This document shows positions 1 to 8,913 of a stretch of 55,814 bases of DNA, piece after piece. Made by a program: the position numbers and the translations under genes. This DNA is from Thermodesulfovibrio sp. Its GTDB lineage: Bacteria; Nitrospirota; Thermodesulfovibrionia; Thermodesulfovibrionales; Thermodesulfovibrionaceae. The stretch is from assembly GCA_025060625.1 (NCBI GenBank), contig JANXBR010000001.1, positions 1 to 55,814 on the forward strand, written 5' to 3'. Positions within the stretch are counted from its first letter, which is position 1. Each line of letters opens with the position of its first letter. Below the pieces are notes generated by a model, which saw only the letters and a list, made by a program, of their open reading frames with translations, searched no databases and was not told the DNA's origin.

Positions 1-1116
1 TATATAGGTGGTAGATTTGGACAAAAAACAGATAGTTCCTATAATCTCAGTACCTATGTCTCAGGAATATATAATGATTCAACAAACAAAGGAATTTTCC
101 TTGGAAGTCTTTCAAGGGATGCAGTATCAAATGTTTTGACTCTTGAAAAGAGATTTTTCCTTGAAGGTGAAGACACTGTAAAGGCTGTAACACTTGGAAC
201 AGGTTCTATTCCTTCTTCACCTTCTCCATCAATTTTATCAAATATAACTATAGATACGAATTCATATGGAATGACAATACAAAATCAGGAAGGCTACATA
301 GTTATGGATACAAACACAAATAATTACACCTTTGGAGCAGGATTGATTGGAATGGGTGGAGCATATAATACTGCTCCTACAGGCTTATGGGAGATAACAT
401 ACACTGGAAGTTTTGAAGGAACTCCAAACTCTTTCGGTGCTTTGCTTAAGGGAGATTTATGGGGAAATGAAAACTCTGTTCAAAATGTAATTAATGGTAA
501 AACCTATGGTTATTTTGCAGATATAAATGGAACTCCTTTTTTAACAGGTATATTTGTTGGTGAAACAGTGGGAACCTTTGATCCAACAAATAAATACTGG
601 CAGAGTGTAACATTAGGAGTGGCTATGGAGACAACAAAGTTTTTAAGTATGGCATGTCCAGGTGGAGTATGTAATAAAACTGGAACAAATCTTACAGAAG
701 AACAGGAAAAGTTAAAAAGACTCGGAATTCCTGTAGTTGAGGTTGGAAAGGCAAGTTTCACTGGTTCAGGAAATAATTTGACCGTAAATTTAAACAATGT
801 GGTTTTCTTTGCAACTCAGACAGGACAGAAACCTATTTTATGGTCAACTGCTAATGTAAGTGGAAGTTATACTGGAACGCCAGTTCTTAACCAATCTGTA
901 ACACTTAATGCTACATCAGGTGCTTCAGGTTCTGTTAATTTTACTCCCACATACTGGTCAGGTGGAAACTGGGCAGCAACTATAGCTAATGATCCAGCTT
1001 ATCCGATACAGCTATCAGGAGGTTCATATAATGGTTCTATTAATATGAAAGGTGTAGCCTCAGGTACCTACGGAAGTGAAACTTTCACAGGAACTGCATC
1101 GGGAATTGTGAAATGA
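1..1116 (+). CDS. C-terminal part of a large Gly/Thr/Ser/Asn-rich beta-strand exported protein (5' end outside window)
   Basis: Frame 1 is open from base 1 (YIGGRFGQKTDSS...), so the track's start at 136 is internal. Composition is beta-rich; ends FTGTASGIVK. Function not identifiable. Confidence 0.6.
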   Translation, partial: YIGGRFGQKTDSSYNLSTYVSGIYNDSTNKGIFLGSLSRDAVSNVLTLEKRFFLEGEDTVKAVTLGTGSIPSSPSPSILSNITIDTNSYGMTIQNQEGYIVMDTNTNNYTFGAGLIGMGGAYNTAPTGLWEITYTGSFEGTPNSFGALLKGDLWGNENSVQNVINGKTYGYFADINGTPFLTGIFVGETVGTFDPTNKYWQSVTLGVAMETTKFLSMACPGGVCNKTGTNLTEEQEKLKRLGIPVVEVGKASFTGSGNNLTVNLNNVVFFATQTGQKPILWSTANVSGSYTGTPVLNQSVTLNATSGASGSVNFTPTYWSGGNWAATIANDPAYPIQLSGGSYNGSINMKGVASGTYGSETFTGTASGIVK

Positions 1117-1166
1117 CAAACTCTTTAACTTTCTGAGCCAAAGGAAAAACTCACTATTTTTCAGAA

Positions 1167-1937
1167 TTAAGAAGAATTCTTTATCTCTTCCCAGAGACTA
1201 TCCATTTCACTTAGTGTCATTTCTTTTAGTTTTTTACCTTTTTGTTGAGCAATTTTTTCAAGTCTTTTAAATCTTTTTTCAAATTTCCTGTTTGTTTTTC
1301 TTAAGGCGGTTTCTGGATCAATTTTGAAAAAACGAGCAAGATTTACCAAACTAAAAAGTAAATCTCCTATTTCTTCTTCTATCTTTTCCTTTTCACCTAT
1401 TTTAACTGCCTCTTCCACTTCCTTAAGCTCTTCTTTAATTTTGTCAATAACTCCATCAACGCTGTCCCAATCAAAACCAACCTTTGCAACCCTTGACTGA
1501 ATTTTGTATGCCTTAAGCAATGAAGGAAGTGCCAGCGGAATTCCTTCCAGTATTGAACTCCCAAGCTTTCCTTCTTCTTTTTTTCTTTCATCCCACTGGT
1601 CTAAAACTTCTTCAGGAGTTTTAAAATCAGCCTCTCCGAATACATGTGGATGTCTTCCAATCATTTTCTGAGTAATTGAATCTATTACATCATTTATATC
1701 AAAATTACCCTGTTCCTTTGCTATCTGACTGTGAAAGACTATCTGAAGAATTAAATCTCCCAGTTCTTCTTTTATAGATTTTGGGTCTTTATTTTCTATT
1801 GCTTCTATAAGTTCATAGGTTTCTTCAAGAAGATATCTTTTAAGAGTATCATGATTTTGGAGTCTATCCCATGGACATCCTTTTTCAGAACGAAGGAATT
1901 CCATTATTTCAACAAGCTTGTCAAATTTTTCACTCAA
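1167..1937 (-). CDS. mazG: Nucleoside triphosphate pyrophosphohydrolase MazG
   Basis: LRSEKGCPWDRLQ, EETYEL, EELGD, second domain EEIGDLLF. Likely TTG start at 1937 with GGAGG 6 nt upstream, overlapping the cooC stop. Confidence 0.93.
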   Translation of the reverse strand: MSEKFDKLVEIMEFLRSEKGCPWDRLQNHDTLKRYLLEETYELIEAIENKDPKSIKEELGDLILQIVFHSQIAKEQGNFDINDVIDSITQKMIGRHPHVFGEADFKTPEEVLDQWDERKKEEGKLGSSILEGIPLALPSLLKAYKIQSRVAKVGFDWDSVDGVIDKIKEELKEVEEAVKIGEKEKIEEEIGDLLFSLVNLARFFKIDPETALRKTNRKFEKRFKRLEKIAQQKGKKLKEMTLSEMDSLWEEIKNSS

Positions 1938-2673
1938 TTTCTTCCTCCAGAATCTTTTTAAAGTTTTTCCATACTGGTTCATTCTCTGAGATATTGAATA
2001 CACTTCTTCCTGTTTCGCTTAACTTCATAAAATCTCTGTCAAAGAAAACATAATGAATTTTATTAAAATATTTTAAAAGTTGCTCTTTTTGAGAGTCTTC
2101 AATCTCGTTAAAAGCCATATTTACTATTAGAACCTTCTTCTGTGGAACTATATTGGTTTCCCTTATTAGTTCGTCTATTCTAAGTGCAGCCTGGATGCCA
2201 CTTTTGGCAGGAGTGGCAATAATAAATAATAGATCAATTTTGTTTAGTAATCCTCTACTTATATGTTCCATACCAGCTTCATTATCAACAACTATGTACC
2301 TATAGTTATCTGCAATTTCTCTAATAATTCTCTTTAAAACATTGTTAACTGCACAGTAACATCCACTACCCTCGGGCCTTCCCATCACAAGAAGATCAAA
2401 TCCCTCAGCTTCTTCAATAACACTGTTTATCCTAATCTCAAGCCATTCATCAAGACTCATTGTTTCAGGTTTATTATGCATTGCACCATCTCTTACCGAT
2501 GCTAAAGTTTCTCTAACTTTAACCGCAAGAAGCTCAGGAAGACAGAAGTTAGGATCCGCATCTACAACAAGTACGGGTTTTACGTTTTTGCTCAATAGAT
2601 ATTTAACTGTTAATGCAGCAAGAGTACTCTTTCCTGTACCACCTTTACCTGCAAAGACAATAAAATAGCCCAT
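1930..2673 (-). CDS. cooC: CooC/AcsF-type nickel-insertion ATPase (MinD/ParA superfamily)
   Basis: Deviant Walker A GKGGTGKST, VDADPN, metal-binding GCYC, DNEAGMEHISRG. Confidence 0.85.
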   Translation of the reverse strand: MGYFIVFAGKGGTGKSTLAALTVKYLLSKNVKPVLVVDADPNFCLPELLAVKVRETLASVRDGAMHNKPETMSLDEWLEIRINSVIEEAEGFDLLVMGRPEGSGCYCAVNNVLKRIIREIADNYRYIVVDNEAGMEHISRGLLNKIDLLFIIATPAKSGIQAALRIDELIRETNIVPQKKVLIVNMAFNEIEDSQKEQLLKYFNKIHYVFFDRDFMKLSETGRSVFNISENEPVWKNFKKILEEEIE

Positions 2674-2674
2674 T

Positions 2675-3319
2675 TTAAAGAGATTTTACAATTCTCACTA
2701 AATCGCTGAATTTATCAATTACAAAGTCAGCATTTTTTAGAAGATCTCTATTCCTATATCCATAGGTAACTGCTATAGTCTTAACACCAGCCAGTTTTCC
2801 TGCTTCTATGTCAAGTTCACTATCACCAACAACTAATGTTTCATCTGGTAGGACTTTAAATCTCTTCATTGTTTCAATAAATGGTAGGGGAGAAGGCTTT
2901 TTTTCAGGAAAAAAGTCACTTCCAGCAATAAAACTAAAGAATTTAATTATTCCTAAACTCTCAAGGGTTTTAATGCTTAGTTCAGTAAGCTTGTTAGATA
3001 TAACTACTTTTTTAATTTCTCTTAATTCTTCAAGGGTTTCTATAACCCCTGGATATAATCTTGAGAAATCCGCAATGTGTTGACTATAGTAGTTTATAAA
3101 ACATTCAATCATTTCCTTAAAGGGTAGAGAAACCTTTCTTGCTAAAAGTGCCTTTTCAATAAGGCGATTAACACCTTCTCCAACCATTCTTCTGACTTCT
3201 TCCTTTGAAAAACCTTCAATACCTCTTTTTTCAAAGCAGTAGTTCAAAGCCACCCTTATATCCTCACAGGAGTCAACAAGTGTGCCGTCTAAGTCAAAAA
3301 TAATAAGTTCTATAGCCAT
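2675..3319 (-). CDS. gph: HAD-superfamily phosphatase, phosphoglycolate phosphatase-like
   Basis: FDLDGTLVDS motif I, SNK, KPSP, VGDSELDIEAG motif IV. Confidence 0.8.
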   Translation of the reverse strand: MAIELIIFDLDGTLVDSCEDIRVALNYCFEKRGIEGFSKEEVRRMVGEGVNRLIEKALLARKVSLPFKEMIECFINYYSQHIADFSRLYPGVIETLEELREIKKVVISNKLTELSIKTLESLGIIKFFSFIAGSDFFPEKKPSPLPFIETMKRFKVLPDETLVVGDSELDIEAGKLAGVKTIAVTYGYRNRDLLKNADFVIDKFSDLVRIVKSL

Positions 3320-3332
3320 TTTACAATTTTTT

Positions 3333-3374
3333 AGTATAACATGAGTTCACTTCTTCCTCAAATCATGCTATAAT
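3333..3374. promoter_or_regulatory. Compact divergent sigma70-type promoter pair (pilT / gph)
   Basis: Plus strand: TTCACT (3346-3351), 17 nt spacer, TGcTATAAT (3366-3374). Minus strand: TGtTATACT (3341-3333). Confidence 0.65.
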
Positions 3375-3379
3375 TTTAC

Positions 3380-4459
3380 ATGGCTCGTATAGATGCCTTC
3401 TTTAAACTAATGCTTGAAAACAAAGCAAGTGATCTACATCTTGTAGCTGGAAGCCAGCCTGTCTTAAGAATTCACGGAGAACTTATTAGGGTTCAATACA
3501 AAGTTCTTGATAATGAGGAACTTAGGAAGCTTCTCTATGAAATTACCCCAGAGGAGAAAATCAAGATATTTGAAGAAACAGGAGACCTTGACTTTGCCCA
3601 TGAAATACCAGGTGTTGCTCGTTTTCGTGTTAACTATTTTATGCATAAAGAAGGAATTGGTGCAGCATTCAGGCACATACCTAATGAAATAAAAACAATT
3701 GACCAGCTTGGTTTACCATCTGTATTAAAAAAATTCGCAATGCTTAAAAAAGGAATTGTTCTTGTTACAGGTCCTACAGGTTCAGGAAAGTCCACAACAT
3801 TAGCCTCTATTATTGACTATGCTAACACTAATAGAAAGGAAAGAATAATAACTATTGAAGATCCCATAGAGTTTGTCCATCCCAATAAAGGATGCGTAAT
3901 ATCTTACAGGGAAGTGGGAACTCATACAGAAAGCTTTGCAAAAGCCTTAAGAGCTGCTCTCAGAGAAGACCCTGACATAATTCTTGTTGGTGAAATGAGA
4001 GACCTTGAAACAATTCAGCTTGCCCTTGAGGCTGCTGCCACAGGTCATTTAGTATTCAGCACTCTCCATACATCATCAGCAATTAAAACAGTTGACAGAA
4101 TCATTGATGTCTTTCCTCCTGAACAGCAAGCTCAAGTAAGAACTTCCCTTAGTGAGTCTTTACAAGCAGTGGTAGCCCAGACTCTTCTCAAAAGAGCAGA
4201 TGGTAAAGGAAGAGTGGCAGCCTGTGAGATCTTGATTAATACCTATGCTGTTGCAAACCTTATAAGAGAAGGTAAAACCCATCAAATACTCTCAATCATG
4301 CAGACAAGTAAAAAAATAGGAATGCAGACAATGGATGATACCCTGCTGCAACTTCTTCAAGAAGGCAAAATAACACCAGAGGATGCCTATGAAAGAGCAA
4401 CAGACAAACAAAAATTTGCAAAATTTCTTAAAGAACTTCCTCAAGAAGGTCTCGCATGA
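3380..4459 (+). CDS. pilT: Type IV pilus retraction ATPase PilT
   Basis: ASDLHL, GPTGSGKSTT, TIEDPIEF, ALREDPDIILVGEMRD, TGHLVFSTLH, AVANLIRE. Confidence 0.95.
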   Translation: MARIDAFFKLMLENKASDLHLVAGSQPVLRIHGELIRVQYKVLDNEELRKLLYEITPEEKIKIFEETGDLDFAHEIPGVARFRVNYFMHKEGIGAAFRHIPNEIKTIDQLGLPSVLKKFAMLKKGIVLVTGPTGSGKSTTLASIIDYANTNRKERIITIEDPIEFVHPNKGCVISYREVGTHTESFAKALRAALREDPDIILVGEMRDLETIQLALEAAATGHLVFSTLHTSSAIKTVDRIIDVFPPEQQAQVRTSLSESLQAVVAQTLLKRADGKGRVAACEILINTYAVANLIREGKTHQILSIMQTSKKIGMQTMDDTLLQLLQEGKITPEDAYERATDKQKFAKFLKELPQEGLA

Positions 4460-5628
4460 GGAAACAGGAGTTTGATCACATTCTTGAAAGCATTTGTGAT
4501 GCCTATCCAGACCTATCTGACATTATATTTACAGCTGGAAGACCCTTTCAGGTTCTTCACTGGGGCGAAATAAAGCCTGTTAACATAAAGAACCTTCCCA
4601 TTGAATCTCTCATGCCCTTTCATACAGAGAGGATAGCTCTAATAATTATGAATAATCAAAAGAGACTTATTGAAAATCTTATAAGGGAAGGATATTGTGA
4701 TACAAGTTATGCTATACAGAGGGCAAGATTCAGAGTAAATATTTTTTCCCAGAGGGGAAACTACTCAATTGTTATGAGAAGACTACCAATTAAGATTCCC
4801 ACTGTTGAAGAACTGCAACTTCCTCCAGTAATTAAAGAGATTGCAAAGGAAAGAATGGGGCTTGTTTTGGTTACAGGAGCAACAGGCTCTGGTAAATCTT
4901 CAACACTTGCAGCAATTTTAAATATAATTAATGAGACAAGAGCATGTCATGTAATAACTCTTGAGGATCCAGTTGAATTTGTTCATTCCCATAAAAAATC
5001 AACATTTAATCAAAGAGAACTTGGCATAGATTTCCAAAGCTTTGCAGACGGGCTTAGGGCTGCACTTAGGCAAGCACCCCATGTAATACTCGTTGGAGAG
5101 ATTAGAGATAGAGAAACAGTAGAGATAGCTCTAATGGCAGCAGAGACAGGACATCTTGTACTGAGCACTCTTCATACAACCGATGCAGGACAGACAATTG
5201 GCAGAGTTATCGGAATGTTTCCGCCAGAGGATGAATCGTATATAAGACTAAGACTTTCTGACACACTTAAATGGGTTGTCTGCCAGCGACTTCTTCCCAG
5301 AGTTGACAAAGGTAGAGTGGCAGTAACAGAAGTGATGCGAAATACTTTAAGAGTAAAAGAACTAATAATTAAGGGTGAAACTGCTGATAAAACTTTCTAT
5401 GATGTAATAGAAACATCTGAAGCATCAGGAATGCATACCTTTGATCAGTCAATCCTTAAATGCTATAAAGAAGGTATTATAAGCGAAGATACAGCACTTG
5501 CCTTTGCATCAAGAAAAGCAAAAGTTATCATGGAGATAGACAAGATAAAATCTCAAAGAGGAGAAAAAACCACTGATATTGAAGAACTAAAACTTGATAT
5601 GGATTATGATAAAAAAATAAAGGGTTAA
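4456..5628 (+). CDS. pilU: PilT/PilU-family ATPase (second paralog)
   Basis: GATGSGKSST, TLEDPVEF, LRQAPHVILVGEIRD, TGHLVLSTLH. Lacks the AIRNLIRE motif. ATGA overlap with pilT. Confidence 0.75.
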   Translation: MRKQEFDHILESICDAYPDLSDIIFTAGRPFQVLHWGEIKPVNIKNLPIESLMPFHTERIALIIMNNQKRLIENLIREGYCDTSYAIQRARFRVNIFSQRGNYSIVMRRLPIKIPTVEELQLPPVIKEIAKERMGLVLVTGATGSGKSSTLAAILNIINETRACHVITLEDPVEFVHSHKKSTFNQRELGIDFQSFADGLRAALRQAPHVILVGEIRDRETVEIALMAAETGHLVLSTLHTTDAGQTIGRVIGMFPPEDESYIRLRLSDTLKWVVCQRLLPRVDKGRVAVTEVMRNTLRVKELIIKGETADKTFYDVIETSEASGMHTFDQSILKCYKEGIISEDTALAFASRKAKVIMEIDKIKSQRGEKTTDIEELKLDMDYDKKIKG

Positions 5629-5631
5629 AGT

Positions 5632-6027
5632 ATGTCAAAGGCTATAGTATATGAAAATAATAGGGAATTTCAAAAAATTATTTCTGACTATTTGAAATCC
5701 ATTGGTATTGATTGTCTCAATCCATCAAATAATGAAGAGGCTTCAGTAATGTTTAGCCTTGAAGACCTATCAATAGTTGTATTAGGAGAGGAAAACATTG
5801 AAATAATAAATCAGATTTCTTCTCTTCCAATGTATCGTAGAAGAGAAATATTAGTATTTCTATTAAGCAAATCTCTATCAACAATGGACAGGCTTTCTGC
5901 CTTTGTCTATGGTGTTGATTGCATAATAAATATAAAAGACCTAAGCAATTTTCCTTCAATCTTTAAAAGAACCTATTCTGAATATCAAAAGATTTACAGG
6001 GTTTTCAAGGAGTTACTCTCAAAGTAA
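5632..6027 (+). CDS. Hypothetical protein, degenerate receiver-like fold
   Basis: 131 aa with REC-like pattern (KAIVYENN...AFVYGVDCII) but no phosphoacceptor Asp. Directly follows pilU. Confidence 0.55.
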   Translation: MSKAIVYENNREFQKIISDYLKSIGIDCLNPSNNEEASVMFSLEDLSIVVLGEENIEIINQISSLPMYRRREILVFLLSKSLSTMDRLSAFVYGVDCIINIKDLSNFPSIFKRTYSEYQKIYRVFKELLSK

Positions 6028-6070
6028 AATTAAGCTTTTAATACTACCAATTCAGTTGATATAATAAATT

Positions 6071-6619
6071 ATGTTAAAGAATATTTTTATTTTGAGGTTT
6101 TTCTTATTGTTATGCTGCCTCTTTTTTATCCTCAGTTGTGCAACTCTACCAAAGCCCTTAGATGAAATTCCAGCATTGAGAGATGTACCCTTCAAGATGG
6201 TTAAAGAAAATCCCGATAAATACAGAGATGTCTCTCTTTTATGGGGTGGAAGGATTACAAACTGTATCAATAATCAGGATGGCACTATATTTGAGATTCT
6301 CCATTTACCACTTGACAGAGAAGGTTATCCAGAAGAAACCGATGCTTCAGAGGGTAGATTTATTGTAAGTTCAAAAAACTTTCTTGACTGCGCAGTTTAC
6401 TCAAAGGGAAGACTCCTGACAGTTATTGGAAAATTTAAAGGACTTCATGAGGGTAAAATTGATAAAATGCCATATACTTTTCCTTTTATTGAGGCTCAGG
6501 CAACATATCTATGGAAGAAAACCAGATACTATCAAAGATACTACTGGCATCCTTCTATATGGTTCTGGTATGGTTCTCCTGGATGGTGGTTTGAATATGG
6601 TTATCCATTTTGGTGGTAA
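6071..6619 (+). CDS. Slp-family outer membrane lipoprotein
   Basis: Lipobox ILSC after hydrophobic signal; WGGRI, PLD..GYP, GRF, FLD..VY..GRLLTV.G; aromatic-rich C-terminal tail. Confidence 0.85.
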   Translation: MLKNIFILRFFLLLCCLFFILSCATLPKPLDEIPALRDVPFKMVKENPDKYRDVSLLWGGRITNCINNQDGTIFEILHLPLDREGYPEETDASEGRFIVSSKNFLDCAVYSKGRLLTVIGKFKGLHEGKIDKMPYTFPFIEAQATYLWKKTRYYQRYYWHPSIWFWYGSPGWWFEYGYPFWW

Positions 6620-6625
6620 ACCATA

Positions 6626-8260
6626 TTGAGTAAGATCATAATTCTTCCTGAAAACATAGTAAGCAAAATCTCAGCTGGCGAGGTTATAGAGAGACCAGCC
6701 TCTGTAGTAAAAGAGCTTATTGAAAACTCAATAGACGCAGGTTCAAGCTCAATATCTGTTTATGTAAAAAATTTCGGTATTGCTGAAATAAAGGTGACCG
6801 ATAACGGAGAGGGTATTCCATCAGAGGATGTTATTTTAGCCTTTCAGAGGCATGCGACAAGTAAAATAAGGGATGAAATGGATCTAAATAGAATTTTAAC
6901 TCTTGGATTCAGAGGTGAAGCTCTTTACTCCATAGCAAGTGTAAGTAGGTTAAGAATCACTACTCAGCATAGAGATCAAGACAGAGGAATAGAACTATTT
7001 CTAAATGGTGGTAATTTAGTATCTCAGAGGCCAGTAGTTACTAAAGGAACATCAATAGAAGTAAGGGATCTTTTCTTTAACACTCCAGTAAGAAAAAAAT
7101 TTCTTAAATCCTCCCATACTGAAAAGTCCCATATTGTAGAAGCAGTTTATAACTACTGTCTTGCATATCCTGAAATCTCCTTTAGTCTTTATATTGATGG
7201 AGAGGAAATTTTGAATATACCTCAGGTAAAAACCAATTCTGATAGAATATCACAACTTTTCGGTTCTGAATTTGCATCTAAACTCAAGTTTAAAAAAGTG
7301 TCAAGCAATAACTATACAATTGAAATATTTATTGGTTTAGATGAGTTTTTAAGAAAAAGTAGAACAAGGCAGTTTATATTTGTAAACAGAAGACCAATAA
7401 AGGATTTTTCAGTTGTTAATACCCTGTATAAAGTCTTTAATATTAAAGAAATGCATCCCCAATTTTTTATTTTCCTCAGTGTTCCTCCTGAGGATGTAGA
7501 CTTCAATGTTCATCCATCAAAAAAGGAAGTAAGATTTCGTGAATTCCATATTATTCATCAACTAATTAACAAAATAGGAGAGCCTCAGCATAATACTTTA
7601 ACTATTGCAGAGAATCAAGAACAGTGGAAATTAAAGGCTGACTTTTCTTCCTCAGTTCAGCTTTCTACGTTTCATACAGGGCAAATTTTTAAAGAAGAAG
7701 AAATTTTTCAGTTTCTCAATCTTGGTGATGCAATTTTAGCAATTCAAAGAAATGATGGTATTGTCTTTCTTGACTTTCATGCTGCTCATGAGAGACTGAA
7801 TTTTGAGAAAATTTTAAATATAATAAATAAACCAATTGTTAAACTCTCTTTTCCTCATATTATTGAATTAAATTCCCATGACTACATTTTAATCAAAGAA
7901 AACTTAAACATAATGAGTGATCTTGGCTTTGATATAGAAGATTTTGGTAAAAATTCAATATTAGTTAGAGCATTACCTGATATAATCCAGCATGCTGATA
8001 TAGTAGGAATAATTGAAAGCATTGCAGCAACTCTTAAAGAGGAGGCTGGTAAACCTGAACTTGATGATATAAAAAGAAAAATTGCAGCCAAAATAGCATG
8101 TCATGGTTCTCTGAGAGCAAACAAAAAAATTAACTATGCTGAAGTCAAGACCCTACTTAATGAACTTGAAAAAACTTCTGATCCTGACCACTGTCCCCAT
8201 GGAAGACCTGTGAAAAAGTTTATTCCAATTGAAGAGATAAAAAAATGGTTTTTAAGATAG
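6626..8260 (+). CDS. mutL: DNA mismatch repair endonuclease MutL
   Basis: ISAGEVIERPASVVKELIENSIDAG, RHATSK, GFRGEAL, DFNVHPSKKEVRF; C-terminal DFHAAHER, ACH, CPHGRP. TTG start. Confidence 0.96.
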   Translation: MSKIIILPENIVSKISAGEVIERPASVVKELIENSIDAGSSSISVYVKNFGIAEIKVTDNGEGIPSEDVILAFQRHATSKIRDEMDLNRILTLGFRGEALYSIASVSRLRITTQHRDQDRGIELFLNGGNLVSQRPVVTKGTSIEVRDLFFNTPVRKKFLKSSHTEKSHIVEAVYNYCLAYPEISFSLYIDGEEILNIPQVKTNSDRISQLFGSEFASKLKFKKVSSNNYTIEIFIGLDEFLRKSRTRQFIFVNRRPIKDFSVVNTLYKVFNIKEMHPQFFIFLSVPPEDVDFNVHPSKKEVRFREFHIIHQLINKIGEPQHNTLTIAENQEQWKLKADFSSSVQLSTFHTGQIFKEEEIFQFLNLGDAILAIQRNDGIVFLDFHAAHERLNFEKILNIINKPIVKLSFPHIIELNSHDYILIKENLNIMSDLGFDIEDFGKNSILVRALPDIIQHADIVGIIESIAATLKEEAGKPELDDIKRKIAAKIACHGSLRANKKINYAEVKTLLNELEKTSDPDHCPHGRPVKKFIPIEEIKKWFLR

Positions 8261-8264
8261 CACT

Positions 8265-8298
8265 GTCAATAAACTCAATAGTTTGTCAAAAATTTGGC
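8265..8298 (+). promoter_or_regulatory. Putative enhancer (two FleQ/FlrA-like boxes) upstream of the fliL sigma54 promoter
   Basis: GTCAATAAACTCAA (8265-8278) and GTCAAAAATTTGGC (8285-8298), 20 bp apart, resembling the GTCA-N6-TGAC dyad. Confidence 0.5.
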
Positions 8299-8351
8299 AT
8301 ATATTTTAAATGGAAAAAAAATTTTTATCATTATTAAATGGCTTTATAATC

Positions 8352-8367
8352 TGGCATATACTATGCT
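8352..8367 (+). promoter_or_regulatory. Sigma54 (-24/-12) promoter of the fliL operon
   Basis: TGGCATATACTATGCT has exact GG-N10-GC spacing, 37 nt before the fliL ATG. Confidence 0.8.
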
Positions 8368-8404
8368 AAATATATTAAAGAAATTAATAAAAGGAGGAAG
8401 AAGG

Positions 8405-8911
8405 ATGGCTAAGGAAAAAACATCAAAATTAGAGGAAGAGGGAGAAAAGCCTAAAGAAGCCGAAAAACCTAAGAAAAAGGGTAAACTTTTAATAATTATT
8501 ATCGCTGCTGTAGTTTTATTAGCTGGTGCGGGAGGAGCATATTTCTTTTTCATTGGAAAGTCCAGTGAACAAAGCAAAAATTCAGCTGCAAAGGATCAAA
8601 AGAATGCCCAAGGTGTTAATTTTGCCCTTGATCCCTTTGTTGTGAACCTAATGGATCAAAGTGGTTCAAAATACCTGAAAGTATCTGTTCAGATAGAACT
8701 GGCTAATGCGAAATTGATGGAACATGCAAAAAATAAAACACCCCAGATAAGGGATGCTATAATAACTCTTTTAACTAACAAAACTTCGGAAGAACTGATT
8801 ACTGCAGAGGGAAAACTTCTTCTTAAGGACGAGATAAAGCTTAGAGCCAATCAGATTCTCGGTGAAGGCACTGTTATTAATGTTTATATAACCGATTTTG
8901 TAATGCAGTAG
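8405..8911 (+). CDS. fliL: Flagellar basal body-associated protein FliL
   Basis: N-terminal TM helix, LDPFVVNL, PQIRDAII, VYITDFVMQ. Start reassigned to ATG 8405 behind AGGAGG. Confidence 0.93.
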   Translation: MAKEKTSKLEEEGEKPKEAEKPKKKGKLLIIIIAAVVLLAGAGGAYFFFIGKSSEQSKNSAAKDQKNAQGVNFALDPFVVNLMDQSGSKYLKVSVQIELANAKLMEHAKNKTPQIRDAIITLLTNKTSEELITAEGKLLLKDEIKLRANQILGEGTVINVYITDFVMQ

Positions 8912-8913
8912 CC

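Noticed and set aside
8294-8404. Extended N-terminus of fliL in the ORF track (similar extensions for mazG, the HEAT gene and the first cheY)
   Set aside because: The fliL extension runs through the sigma54 promoter, and strong SD sequences point to downstream starts (8405, 1937, 18049, 20788).
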